64,000 nt of DNA from the human T2T-CHM13v2.0 reference genome, Homo sapiens (GCF_009914755.1 NC_060937.1), one strand, 5' to 3'; shown: positions 1 through 16,482, counted from the first letter of the stretch. Notes: generated by a model from the sequence alone, not told the origin. Translations and numbers: made by a program.

Positions 1-253
1 TCTGAGACAAAACTTCCAGAGGAACGATCAGAGAGCAGCATTCATGGATCACAAAAATCCGCAGTTCTGAAGACACCGCTGCTGATACTCAGGCAAACAG
101 GGTCTGGAGTGGACCTCTAGCAAATTCCAACAGACCTGCAGCTGAGGGTCCTGTCTCTTAGAAGGAAAACTAACAAACAGAAAGGACATCCACACCAAAA
201 ACTCATCTGTACATCACCATCATCAAAGACCAAAAGTAGATAAAACCACAAAG

Positions 254-1270
254 ATGGGGAAAAAACAGAATAGAAAAACTGGAAACTCTAAAAAGCAGAG
301 CGCCTCTCCTCCTCCAAAGGAACGCACTTCCTCACCAGCAACGGAACAAAGCTGCATAGAGAATGACTTTGACGAGTTGAGAGAAGAAGGCTTCAGACGA
401 TCAAACTACTCCAAGCTACAGGAGTAAATTCAAACCAAAGGCAAAGAAGTTGAAAACTTTGAAAAAAATTTAGATGAATGTATAACTAGAATAACCAATA
501 CAGAGAAGTGCTTAAAGGAGCTGATGGAGCTGAAAGCCAAGGCTCGAGAACTATGTGAAGAATGCAGAAGCCTCAGGAGCCGATGCAATCAACTGGAAGA
601 AAGGGTATCAGTGATGGAAGATCAAATGAATGAAATGAAGCGAGAAGGGAAGTTTAGAGAAAAAGGAATAAAAAGAAATGAACAAAGCCTCCAAGAAATA
701 TGGGACTATGTGAAAAGACCAAATCTGCGTCTGACAGGTGTACCTGAAAGTGACGGGGAGAATGGAACCAAGTTGGAAAACACTCTGCAGGATATTATCC
801 AGGAGAACTTCCCCAATCTAGCAAGGCAGGCCAACATTCACATTCAGGAAATACAGAGAACGCCACAAAGATACTCCTCGAGAAGAGCAATTACAAGACA
901 CATAATTGTCAGGTTCACCAAAGTTGAAACGAAGGAAAAAATGTTAAGGGCAGCCAGAGAGAAAGGTCAGGTTACCCACAAAGCGAAGCCCATCAGACTA
1001 ACAGCGGATCTCTTGGCAGAAACTCTACAAGCCAGAAGAGAGTGGGGGCCAATATTCAACATTCTTAAAGAAAAGAATTTTCAACCCAGAATTTCATATC
1101 CAGCAAAACTAAGCTTCATAAGTGAAGGAGAAATAAAATACTTTACAGACAAGCAAATGCTGAGAGATTTTGTCACCACCAGGCCTGCCCTAAAAGAGCT
1201 CCTGAAGGAAGCACTAAACATGGAAAGGCACATCTGGTACCAGCCACTGCAAAATCATGCCAAAATGTAA
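254..1270 (+). pseudogene. L1 ORF1p (RNA-binding/chaperone), disrupted
   Basis: ATG at 254, 1017-nt frame ending TAA at 1270, in-frame TAA at 425-427. ORF track 524-1270 gives YPAKLS and REKG motifs. Confidence 0.95.
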
Positions 1271-1333
1271 AGACCATCGAGACTAGGAAGAAACTGAATC
1301 AACTAACGAGCAAAATAACGAGCTAACATCAAA

Positions 1334-5160
<3,827 letters not shown>

Positions 5161-6274
5161 ACAATGAGAACACATGGACACAGGAAGGGAAACATCACAC
5201 TCTGGGGACTGTTGTGGGGTGGGGGGAGAGGGGAGGGATAGCATTAGGAGATATACCTAATGCTAAATGACGAGTTAATGGGTGCAGCACACCAGCGTGG
5301 CACATGTGTACATATGTAACTAACCTGCACGTTGTGCACATATACCCTAAAACTTAAAGTATAATAATAATTTTAAAAAAAACATTACACCTTAAACCAC
5401 TCAAGGTTCTACCTTCCATTTACAAAAACATGGGGAATAGAAGATGAACTCAAATGACACCACAAGGAACAACCAGACAAATCCTCTACTGCTGGAATTT
5501 ACAGGACAAGTAATATGATGTTGGGAAAAAAGTTATTGCACAAAACAAAAGGGGATCAGGGACTTCTGAGCAATAAAGAGACTTAAGAGACTCAACATGA
5601 AAAAAAAAAAAAAAAAAAGAAAAGAAAAGGGGGAAGAAAGCAGGATTGCAGGGTCGACTGGTGCGCAGAGCAGTGTTTGGCTCTTTCCCTGCTTGCCTGG
5701 GAGCCTGCAGAATTAAGAACTTGGCCTTAGCACACCTTAATGGTATAACCCAATTGTTTACACAAGAGACACACTAAATGGCCCATTCAGGACACAGTCA
5801 TATTAAATTATTTCCATGAGTCTTGGCTGTCGTTAGTCTCCCTTTGGGAGAAGAGAAATGGGATGGCCCTGTCTCCTCATTTTTTATAGACTCCTTTATT
5901 TCATCCCCCAGCTATCCAAAGAGGGGGGAATCGTTAACCCTGTTTTTCAGGCAAGCGGCCTGAGGCTCAGAGAACTTCGCCAACTCCCCAGCGGTGCATG
6001 TAGCCACATCCACAACCAAATACATTACGTTTCAGTGACACATAAATATTTACACAAACTGGGATGAAAGATTACAAGTACCATCATGTCAGTCTGGTCA
6101 TCAAAGGAATTACTTTTTAAAAAGAATTCCCTTTTGTTTTCAGGGTTTTTTGGCACAAAGGATTATGAACCTGTAGTTGGGTGACTCCAAATTATTCATC
6201 TGTTAAAGGAGAACACAAAATTGTCCTGACCGGATCACAGATTTTCTGGGGAAAAAAAAAAGGTACCAAGAGCA

Positions 6275-6520
6275 TCACTGAATACTTACTGTGTGTGCAC
6301 TGTTCTAAGTTTGACTAAAATGTCACAACCCTATAAAGCAGGTAGGTATTTTTATTATTACCCTTTTACTGGGTTGGGACAAAAGTAATTGCAGTTTTTG
6401 CCATTGAAAGTAATGGTAAAAACCGCAATTACATTTGCACCAACCTAATACAGAAGAAACGAGTCACAAAAAAGTTAAGTCAGCTGCAGAGCCAGGAGTT
6501 CAACTTAGGCAGTCTATTAA
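6275..6520 (-). mobile_element. MIR SINE, interrupted by MADE1
   Basis: Reverse-complement MIR core (tattatta...cccttt|tacagaagaaac...aagttaagt) split by the MADE1 insertion. Confidence 0.6.
6369..6448. mobile_element. MADE1 MITE (Hsmar1/mariner derivative)
   Basis: 80-bp near palindrome ggttgggacaaaagtaattgcagtttttgccatt...aatggtaaaaaccgcaattacatttgcaccaacctaa with TA target duplication (6367-68, 6449-50). Confidence 0.93.
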
Positions 6521-7182
6521 ACTGAGGTGCCTTGGCCACTGTACCCTTGTCTCACTGTAAATGGAAAACAATGAAAACAGAAACCCTAGACTTAGTAGCT
6601 ACACAATGTAAGGCATTCAAGGAAAGGGGAATGGCACTGGTCACCCCAGGAAAAGGTGTACAAAGCAGGAGGGTGCTTAATCCAGGAGGAGGGTGCAGAA
6701 GGGTACAAAGAGTGGGTGAGGGACCAGTGCTCATCAGTCAGAGGTCACACTCACACCCGTGATACCAGCAAGCCTCCCAATGGCCAGATCCCAGTATGCC
6801 ATGTCCCTGTGTGACCCCCTGGCCCCAGTGTGTGCCAACCAAGATGTCTCCTTGGTGACAAAGAAAAGGGGCCTTATGACATAAGACGACACAGGGAAGA
6901 AAATTTGGGCAATTAAGAATGTGTAGATTGTATTACAGATTGCAAGCCAGCTATAGTTTGCTCCTAAACAAAAAAATGGCATTCACTCACTCAAGCTGAA
7001 ACACTTCCAGAATCACATCCATAGCTGGGAGATATTGCTAGAAAATACAGAAACTGACATTTGCTCATGGTCCAGCTTGCTTCCCGCTAAGCAAATAATT
7101 TCAAAAGAAGCCTGATGCCTCTGGGTAGTTATGATGTTTCTGATCCCGCTTATCTCGCTCCAGGTTTCTTGCAACAGGAGTG

Positions 7183-7223
7183 CATGTGTGTGTGTGTGCG
7201 TGTGTGTGTGTGCGCGTGTGTGT
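7183..7223. repeat. (TG)n/(CG) alternating purine-pyrimidine microsatellite
   Basis: tgtgtg...gcgtgtgtg...gcgcgtgtgtg read directly. Confidence 0.9.
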
Positions 7224-7654
7224 ACAGAAAGGGTTTTTGTCCTTGAAAACAATCAGAAATCACACTTTGCCTGGAAATTCATGCAAAAATACTTGCTCAG
7301 TCCAGTCCTCAACCACAGGTTTTCATTCTTGTACACATAATAAGCATCGTTTGTTAAACTCTGGCTAAGTCCTTTGCAGGCGTTATGGTAGAAGTTTTGG
7401 AATACTGACAAGTGAGTATTAGAAAGACTATTTTACAGGAAATATATCAAGCTTTTCTTTATCTGTGGGCCAAACACTGAGCCTGCCAATTTGCATGATT
7501 CTTGCATTTCACGAAATGACATCAAAGCTCTAAGACACAATTATTTCCATGCGTCAGGTGTGTAGGCTAAGGTTCAAAGAAGGAAGGTGACCAGTAGTGA
7601 TGTGCAAGGCTTTTGAGGCAAGTTACCTCGTTTTACTCCACTGGATAAATGAAT

Positions 7655-7995
7655 ATGTAAGTTACTTAAATCTCTCTTAGCCTCCCTTTCCTCCTCTGTA
7701 AAATGGGCTATGACAGTTCCTCACAGAGAAGCCAGAAGAACATCTCAAACTTTAATGTGCACATAAATCACCTGGTCTCTTGTTAAAATGCAGGCTCTAA
7801 TTCAGGAGGTCTGGGGCGGGACCTGAGGTCTGCATTTCAAACAAGCTTCCAGGCGATGCCCATGCTGCTGGCCTGTGGACCACATTTTGAAGGGCAAAGC
7901 TTGTCTGGGTTCTTGTTTTAAGCTTAAAGGAGATAATGCACATGAAGTTCTCAGCACAGTTCCTGGCACACAGTAAGCATTCAGTAACTATAAGC
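7655..7995 (+). mobile_element. MIR interrupted by MER5A (hAT-Charlie; ~7737-7900)
   Basis: MIR core aagttacttaaatctctcttagcctc...ctgtaaaatggg; MER5A-type tcacctgg...ttgttaaaatgcagg...ctgcatttc...ggaccacatttt; MIR resumes ~7920. Confidence 0.75.
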
Positions 7996-8682
7996 TGATC
8001 TGATTATGGTTGTTTCTGTCGTTACAGTGAACTTTAAATTATCGGGCTCCAAGCTAGTGATTGTGTACTCTGTAAGATCTTTATAATGTCCTGAAAAGCT
8101 CTTGAAAGAGCATGGTAATGGGCAAAGCAGTGTGACATGAATTAGAATTCTCGTGTTACCCTTTCGTCATGCCTTGAAACCTCTGTGAGACCATTTAGGA
8201 TAATCTTTTAGGATAGGTAAGACAACTGTCCTACTTAGTAGATGGAATTGTGAGAATCCAATGTAACTACATGTGAGAAAGTTTTCTAACGTAAGCACTA
8301 GAGTACTGTGTGCACTGGTAGTCATGGTATTTCTGCAGACATAGGAATATTTTCCAGCCACTCTCCCCTTGTGACCCTCTTCCCTCAGAGTGTAAGAACT
8401 GTTGGTGGCCTCTTAGGTCAGAAAGCACAAAGGGTAATGAGGCCCAGCCTTTGACACTGGGTAGGAGAAATGGGCTCAAGCCATGTTCAATGCTGCTTCT
8501 ACTCAGCTCACACAAGTCACAGAAGAGAAGGAGAGTTGTTAGGAAAAGAAATTGTAGAACAGAAATAAAAAGCCAGGCCAGCTGACCCTAAACCCAGTCT
8601 CTTAACCCTGACACTATACTGCCTCCTATAAGTAATACAGAAATGATCAATCACACAAAATAGTAACAAATGCTGAAGGCAA

Positions 8683-9196
8683 TGTGATGGTTAGGTGTCA
8701 CCTTGCTTGGATTGAGGGATGCCTAGATGACTGGTAAAGTATTGTTTCTGGGTGGGTCTGTGAGGGTGTTGCCAGAAGAGATTGGCATTTGAGTCAGTGG
8801 GCTGGGAGTCAAAGACCCACCTTCAGCGTGGGTGGGCACCATCCAATCGGCTGCCAGTGCAGTTGGAACAAAGCAGGTAGAAGAAGGGGGTAAGCAGCTT
8901 GCTGCACCCTCTCACTCCTGCTGTCTCTCCACGCTGAGATCTTGCTTCCTCTCCCTCTGCCCTTGGACATCAGACTCCAGGCTCTTCAGCCTTTGGGCTC
9001 TGGAACTTGGACCAGAAGCCTCCCAGGGGCTCTCTGGCCTTTAGCCGCAGATGGAAGGCTGCACTGTAGGCTTCCCTAGTTTTGAGGCTTTAGGACTTGG
9101 ACTGGGCTACTACTGCCTTCTGCCTTTCCTCAGCTTGCAGATGGCCTAGTATGCGACTTCACTTTGTAATTGTGTCAGCTTTTAATCTGATAAACT

Positions 9197-9237
<41 letters not shown>

Positions 9238-9271
9238 TTCGTTCTGTCCCTCTGAAGAACTGACTAATATA
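8683..9271 (+). mobile_element. Solo LTR, MLT2 family (HERV-L; MLT2A/B-like), with internal (CA)n
   Basis: tgtgatggtta...ggattgagggatgcc start, gttctgtccctctg...actaatata end; imperfect 5-bp TSD ggcaa/gacaa; (CA)n ~9200-9234. Confidence 0.85.
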
Positions 9272-9869
9272 GACAATGAGCAGACAGCCCCAGATCTCAG
9301 TTCTCACCCTTAGAGGGGTGAGACCTCGAGAGTCAAATTCAGCCTGGGGCCTGGGGAAAGAAAACAGAAGATCTTGAATGTAATTTCCATTTAGGTCCCA
9401 GTCTAGAGAGGAAAAAGGGGTCCTCCCAGCTCCTACCCTCCCCAGGACAGGAGCTACTTGCAGTCTGAAGTCAATAGTCCATCTGGCAATGACATGTGGC
9501 TTGGAACCTCCCAGGACGCTCTGTGGTCTGTGTGGCACCCTCAGGACTCAGAAATGACAGTCAGGTGATTGCATTTTTCAATGCTATCATGTGAAGGTCA
9601 TTCCATTAAACATGGCAGTCAACTTAACAGGAAAGATAGACCATATTTACAAATAAACTCGTTACGTTTTCTAAAACAAAAGTTTCCACCTGCAAATAAA
9701 TGAACATCTGATATAAAATTTTATATTTGACATGGCAATAAAATTAGAGTTGAAAAGGTAAAATTGGGTTCAGATCTCAGCCTATATTGTGAATTAATTA
9801 CAGTAAAACCTAATGGCCAGTAAAACCAGCATGGGCTGGTTACCTGGAAGGCTTTGGAGGCAGGCAGCC

Positions 9870-10080
9870 TCCATGAGTCAGACTTCCTGAGTTCAAATCC
9901 TGACTCAATCCATGGCTTTTTTGCTATGAAATCAAGCTAATTAACTGGGTCTTAGTTTTCTTATCTATAAAAACGAGGCTGAGAGTAGACTCTACCTCAC
10001 AGGGCTATTGTTAGGATTAAATGAGTTAATATGTACAAAGTGCTTTGAAGACACAGTAAGCACCAAAAAACAATCTATTA
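9870..10080 (+). mobile_element. MIR SINE
   Basis: gagttcaaatcctgactc...tctataaaa...ggattaaatgagttaatatgtacaaagtgctt. Confidence 0.75.
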
Positions 10081-10976
10081 ATGTATGACCTTAGGGAATC
10101 AATTGGCCTCCTGAGTCACTTTTTCCCATCTGTGACAGAATAAGTATATTCTGAGGGAAAAAAAAAATATGTGGAGGTATTCTGAAAAGTTAAAAGAGCT
10201 AGATAAATTGTGAAGTTACACAAGGCTTGTTATTGCAAACAGTATTTTTATTTTGGACCACACTTTGGTTTGGTAAACTGAAGGCTAAGAGCCTGAGTGT
10301 GCATTGTCTCTGGAATGAATATTCTACAACTTCTCTAAATGTCTAACATCTCTTCTGGGACCTCAGTCTCTCAAGAGCTTTTAATCTGACACATCCAGAG
10401 GTCACTGGGAGGAGGAATTAATTAATACAAATTTGAAAAGAATATGAAATGGGACTTAACCCACTGCTTGGAGCAAGAACAAGCTCTGTGACTAAACAAA
10501 GCTCTCTCAAAGGTGTAACCCATGTTTTAAACAAATTCTCTTTATCCTTGACACAATTCCACATCCTTGGCAGGCACCAAATATTGGAGAGAGAGGCCTA
10601 GTGAGCTCAGGCTTTAGGTCCACTTGAGCCCTTTAAGTCACAGATTTATAGAGTGATCCTGAGTTGGCCGAAAGTCCTACATACACAGCATCCTTGATGC
10701 AGAAAGTTGACCCACAGTGAGCAGGGAGCTTATTCTTCCCATAGTGGCCACAGATTTATACCCCGTCTTCCACATTGAAGAGCACCCCAGATGATCTCAC
10801 AATATACATCTATAAAAATGCCCAGAGGCAATCTAGCCTACAGGCGACAGGCTGTACAGACAGACTGGAATTTCCACCCCAACTCATCATTTAAGGGTCG
10901 GCTTGGGAAAGTTACATATCTGGCAGTGTCTTGGTTCTTCCGTAAAATAAAAAAAAATAAAAAAATAGTACCAATT

Positions 10977-11407
10977 TGTATTTGTTATCCATTGCTGTGT
11001 AACTATTTACCCCCAAAACTTGGCACATAAACCAGTCATTTCTGTGAATCAGGAATCAACAGAGCCTTAGCTGGGAAGTTCTGTCCCGGGTCTCTTGTGA
11101 GGGTGCAGTAGAGCTGTCAGCCAGGGCTGCAATCCTTTGAAATAAGATGATCCGCTTCCTAGCTCCCTCACGTGGTTGTTGGCAACATTCATTCATTATG
11201 GGCTGTTGGATCAAGTCCTCAGTTCCTCTCCGAGAAGGAAGCTGCAATTTTCTGTAGTTTAATCTTGAATGGGACATACCATCCTTTGTGTCCTACACTG
11301 TTGGCCACACAGACCCACCCTGATACAATGTTGGAAGAGATCACCCAATGATGTGAATTCCAGGACATGGGGATCATTGGGGATTACCTTGGAGACTAGC
11401 GATCACA
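10977..11407 (-). mobile_element. MLT1-family MaLR LTR inserted in a MIR (MIR halves ~10830-10975 and ~11410-11510)
   Basis: tgtatttgttatccattgctgtgtaac...ccccaaaacttgg terminus; ggggatcattgggg...cttggagact..cac other terminus. Confidence 0.7.
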
Positions 11408-11593
11408 CTACCTGATGGACTTATCCAGAGAATTAGTGCGTTAATATGTGTAAAGGTCTTAGAACAGTATCCAGCACATCATAAACACTCAGTAAAATGT
11501 TAGCTGGTATCGTTTTTATGTTAGGGTTGTTGTTGTAAGCATTCAGGGCTTGATTGGAAGCCATGAAACAGAAACACTCGCCAGATCACCCAG

Positions 11594-11962
11594 GCAATGA
11601 CTACTACCACCCGACTAGTGAGAACTCATGACATACTTAATCTACTTTTGCTTTCCTATACACTTATAACAATTAGGGCATGAGAAGCATAGATGGGTTT
11701 CAACTGGGGGACAGGATTTCCATCATAGGAGTCAAGGACACAGGAACTTGCCAAAGTTAACCTTGCATAGACATCTCCCAAGACAGGGAAATCAATTAAA
11801 CAACTTGGAAAGGAGGATGCTGTTTGATGCAGTCCAAACAATTAGACCTGTATGTAGATAGAACAGGACATCTAACCTGGGTTTTGCCTAAAATATTTGG
11901 CTCATAACTCTTGGCAAATTAAATTTTCATAGGTGAAAGCCATAGAGGTAGGAAGGATGACT
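11594..11962 (+). repeat. Left arm of 369-bp inverted repeat
   Basis: Hand alignment to the reverse complement of 12893-13261: no gaps, 17 mismatches. Confidence 0.97.
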
Positions 11963-12892
11963 GTTTTACTTCTATGTCCTAGTTGGCAGTGTGTCTGAAC
12001 ACAGTTTAACATTCCCTGAATATCAGAGCTGCCATTATGGGTATCAATTATTGTACTCTGCATGAACATTCTAATGCCCCTGAGGTTCCATTTGCTCCAA
12101 CACTGAACACTCATATCTTGCTCCAGCCTGCTGGGGGGGTCTACACTATATTTCAAAATATCTGTAGCTCCTTGTGAAAATACCTTCTCCTTTGAAGTCA
12201 TCCTTGCTTTCTACTGTCACTTCTATCTCTCCAGAACTTCTAATGTTAGTATCTGCTACTGTTTGTACTTTAATAAAGCTTAGGGCATCAATGAAGAACA
12301 CCAGAGGTAGCCAGGAGGGGTCCCTGGCTTCCCCACAGGAACATGGTGGTAAGGAGAGCTTCCCAGCAGAGGGAGTTCAGAAGTGACTGAATGCTCTCTT
12401 TGCAGGCCAAGGACTCCAGCTGACACTCAGTTAACCCATTACTAGTCTGGAAATGGTCAGAGCAGCTTGGAGGCAGCAGGTTTACTATTCTAAAAACCTC
12501 AGACAGGGCTAAGTGGGTCATATCCTGACCAGAAAATCAGACATTTTGATAGAAGGAGAAAGAATGAGTGGTCTAGAAGTATGAAGTCCTGCAACAGAGG
12601 GCAGGCTTGTGGGGATCAACAGCACTGTGAGGACCCTGGGTGCCGGAGGAGTGCAGGAGATGATGCTCAAGGTGGAACCTGGCGTTGCTTCCACTCTGCT
12701 GTAGAGGACAATAAACCAGCACTGGAACCTCTTGTATCTAGGGAATTTGGGGCTCAGTTCCACATTCGGCAATCGGTTCCAAAATCTGAAATGACCTCAA
12801 ATGTTCTCACTATTCAAGTGGGACAGGAACGTATTACGATGGTGCTTTAATAGCTTTCAATATTGTATCGAACTTTGCAATTAACTAGGTTG

Positions 12893-13261
12893 AGTCATCC
12901 TTCCAACCTCTTTGGCTTTCACCTATGAAAATTTAATTTGCCAAGAGTTATGAGCCAGATATTTTAGGCAAAACCCAGGTTAGATGTCCTGTTCTATCTA
13001 CATACGGGTCTAATTGTTTGGACTGCATCAAACGGCATCCTCCTTTCCCAGTTGTTTAATTGATTTCCCTGTCTTGGGAGATGTCTATGCAAGGTTAACT
13101 TCGGGAAGTTCCTGTGTCCTTGACTCCTATGATGGAAATCCTGTCTCAGAATTAAAACCCATCCATGCGTCTCATGCCCTAATTGTTATAAGTGTATAGG
13201 AAAGCAAAAGTAGATTAAGTATGTCATGAGTTCTCACTAGTAGGCTGGTAGTAGTCATTGC
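12893..13261 (-). repeat. Right arm of 369-bp inverted repeat
   Basis: Reverse complement of 11594-11962; mirrored 61-aa ORFs in the ORF track. Confidence 0.97.
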
Positions 13262-14070
13262 TTACCCTGGTGTTTCTAACACCTGGACTAGGGAAGGGCC
13301 CTTTGCTGTCATGTAGGGTTTTAGATTTACAAAGGAAGTACTTGGTCCAGTTAGTACCTACTGGTCAAGGCAGAACTGTGTGGGATAAAGGATTGCCTCA
13401 GACAGGGGTTAACTAAGCATAGGTTAGCACCTAGTTAACCAAATTAAACTTTTGTTTTAGAAATAGTGTCATTCATAATTATGTACAGTCAGTCCTTGTT
13501 ATTCATAGATTCCATGTTTGTAAATCTGCCTACCGACTAAAATTTATTTGTAACCCCAAAGATCAATACTCGTGATGCTTTCATGGTTATTAGTGAACCT
13601 GTGCAGAGTGGTGAAAAAATGAGTCACCCAACATGTGACTCAGATCAAACAAGATAACACTCTGCCTTCTGGTTTCAAGTCTCATTCTGTACATAATTAT
13701 CCTTTTTGTGATCTGTCTAGTGCTACGTTTTTAGCATTTCTGTGTTGTTTTTCTTGTTGGCGACTTTGCTATTTAAAATGGCCCCAAGCACAGCACCAAA
13801 GCGCTGTCAAGTGTCTCTAATCATAAAAAGACTGTGATGTGTCTTACAGAGAAAATACACATCTTAGATCAGCTTCATTCAGGCATGAATTATAGTGCTG
13901 TTGGCCATGAGTTCCACGTTAATGAATCAATAATATATATGAAATAAGATGTCTTTAAACAGACACACACATAAAATAAGGTTACGTATCAATCAGTTGG
14001 TGAAAACGTTGAGACCAGAGGTTTGCAGGAACCTAACCCTGTATTTCCCCTAGAAGCAATGGTTTGGTAT

Positions 14071-14655
14071 CACTCATAAGTAGGAGTTGAATAATGAGAA
14101 CACATGGACACAAGGAGGGGAACATCACACACCGGGGCCTGTCAGGGGATATGGGGCAAGGGAAGGGAGAGCATTAGGACAAATACCTAAGGCATGCAGG
14201 ACTTAAAACCTAGATGACAGGTTGATGGGTGCAGCAAATCACCATGGCACATGTATACCTATGTAACAAACCTGTACATTCTGCACATGTATCTCAGAAC
14301 TTAAAGTATAATAAATAAATACGGCCGGGCGCAGTGGCTCATGCCTGTAATCCTAGTACTTTGGGAGGCCGAGGTGGGCAGATCGCCTGAGCTCAGGAGT
14401 TCGAGACCAGCCTGGGCAACACGGAGAAACTCCGTCTCTACTAAAATACAAAAAATTAGCCAGGCAGTGTGCACCTGTAATCCCAGGTACTCAGGAGGTT
14501 TAGGCAGGAGAATTGCTTGAACCTGGGAGGCAAGGGTTACAGTGAGCCAAGATCATGCCAATGCACTCCAGCCTGGATGACAGAGCAAGAATCTGTCTCC
14601 AAAAAATAAAATAAAATAAAATAAAAATAAATAAATACATACATAAATAGGTAAA
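14071..14655 (+). mobile_element. 5'-truncated L1PA 3' end (L1PA8-13-like)
   Basis: L1 3' UTR; perfect 19-bp TSD agaagcaatggtttggtat at 14052-14070 and 14656-14674. Confidence 0.9.
14323..14625 (+). mobile_element. AluS inserted into the L1 tail
   Basis: Dimeric Alu; TSD aataaataaatac (14310-14322, 14626-14638). Confidence 0.93.
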
Positions 14656-14780
14656 AGAAGCAATGGTTTGGTATTAAGTGATTACAGTGACTTTATAGGT
14701 CACAACTACTGCAAATCATGTGACTCAACTGTATTATGAATATGTTATAATTTAAATCAACTTTAGATAAATACACAAAG

Positions 14781-14899
14781 CCAGGCACGGTGGCTCACAC
14801 CTGTAATCCTAGCACTTTGGGAGGCCAAGGCAGGTGGATCATCTGAGGTCAGGAGTTGGAGACCAGCCTGGCCAATATGATGAAACCCCGCCTCTACTA
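14781..14899 (+). mobile_element. AluS left monomer only, TSD-flanked
   Basis: Ends at ctctacta (linker); TSD agataaatacaca(a/g)ag at 14765-14780 and 14900-14915. Confidence 0.88.
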
Positions 14900-14980
14900 A
14901 GATAAATACACAGAGCTAGATATAATTATTGTATGTTTCTCATTAGAAATACCTAAAATGCCTGCCTCATTCCTGGACTA

Positions 14981-15375
<395 letters not shown>

Positions 15376-15849
15376 TAGCAACAAGTTTATCCCACCTGTA
15401 GACCCCTCCTAAATATTAATAAATTAAGACCTTTCTTTTCTGCTTATCTGATAAAACTAAGAAAAATATTATAAAGAGTCCTATCTGATATCAACAACAG
15501 AGTAAGATTGTAGTATGTTAGGAACTGGAAGGCGATCAAGTTAAAGTTCTCAGTCTTCATGACCATGAAGAAAGCCCTAGTAAGCCTTGAGAAAGGCACA
15601 GATAACGGCTACCATAGTAAATGTAACTTCAGGGAATGCTGAATCCTGTTTCCCATTTTTATTGTGGCATATCTCCCAGTATTCTCCACGTGGTAGATGA
15701 AAAATTCAGCCAAGGACACAGGGACAGGAGAGGGACAACCAACATCTCTTCTAAATTAACCTAGAAATACCTTTAGAGGTCATTACTCTGAGAATGCAGA
15801 TTCATGACTTCTTATTATCTAGTTTTGAATTTATGGCATCCCAGTTCAA

Positions 15850-16370
15850 GGCTTTATCATTGTGCTCGAATACTACTGCAACCTGCCAAAGCTCTCTCTG
15901 CCTCACCTCTTCTCATGCCCTTTGATTTTTCACAACTCTAGACTGATTTTTATTATCTAAGCCCCCACAGTTCTCAGGATAAAGTCCAAAATCTACAGCC
16001 TGCCATGTAAGGCCACCTGAAATTTGGTTCAAATCTACATTTACTTTAGCTACCTCCACTTCTCAACACACAGCCTTTCCTCCAACCTAGTTGGTGTGCT
16101 TTCTGTTTCCAAATGCAGCTTGTATCTGCTCCGCACAGTGTTTCAGTGGTTAAGCTTAGGCTCTGGTGTTAGACTGACCTGAGTTCAAATCCTGATTCAG
16201 CCACTTGTTATATAACTCTGGGCAAGTAGCCTCAGTGCCCTCATTTTTAAAATGGGGTTAATAATCAGAGTAACAATCTCAGAGATTTGTTCTGATGATT
16301 AAATGTTATTATGCATAGAAACTGCTTAGCAGTACCTGGCACATTTAAAGAACTAATAAACATTAGTTTT
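15850..16370 (+). mobile_element. L2 fragment (~15850-16130) followed by MIR (~16134-16370)
   Basis: L2-type ctcaggataaagtccaaaatc; MIR tcagtggttaag...gagttcaaatcctgattcagccactt...taaaatgggg...agtacctggcacat. Confidence 0.65.
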
Positions 16371-16482
16371 TAAAAATTAACATTGAGGAGTCCCACTTTC
16401 ATGTTTTCACCTCAGTCTTGAAATTTTGTCCTTCCTATAATATCCATTCTCTTCCTCACAACTCCCAGATTCTGCCTTTTTT

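Larger units (their letters stand above)
13486..14731 (-). mobile_element. MER82 (TcMar-Tigger) DNA transposon, interrupted by L1 and Alu
   Basis: cagtc...caactg termini with TA duplications (13484-85, 14732-33); internal ggaacctaaccctgtatttcccctagaagcaatgg matches recalled MER82. Confidence 0.8.

Noticed and set aside
5600-5760. Orphan poly-A/purine tract and adjacent possible tRNA-derived SINE remnant (minus)
   Set aside because: No TSD, and similarity is too weak to support by eye.
12581-12850. 89-aa ORF in the IR spacer as a transposase or invertase
   Set aside because: Too short, with no DDE or recombinase motif that I can recognise.
11656-13199. Twin 61-aa ORFs (MFGLHQTASS...) as a gene pair
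   Set aside because: Non-ATG starts, no recognisable homology; they simply mirror the DNA inverted repeat.
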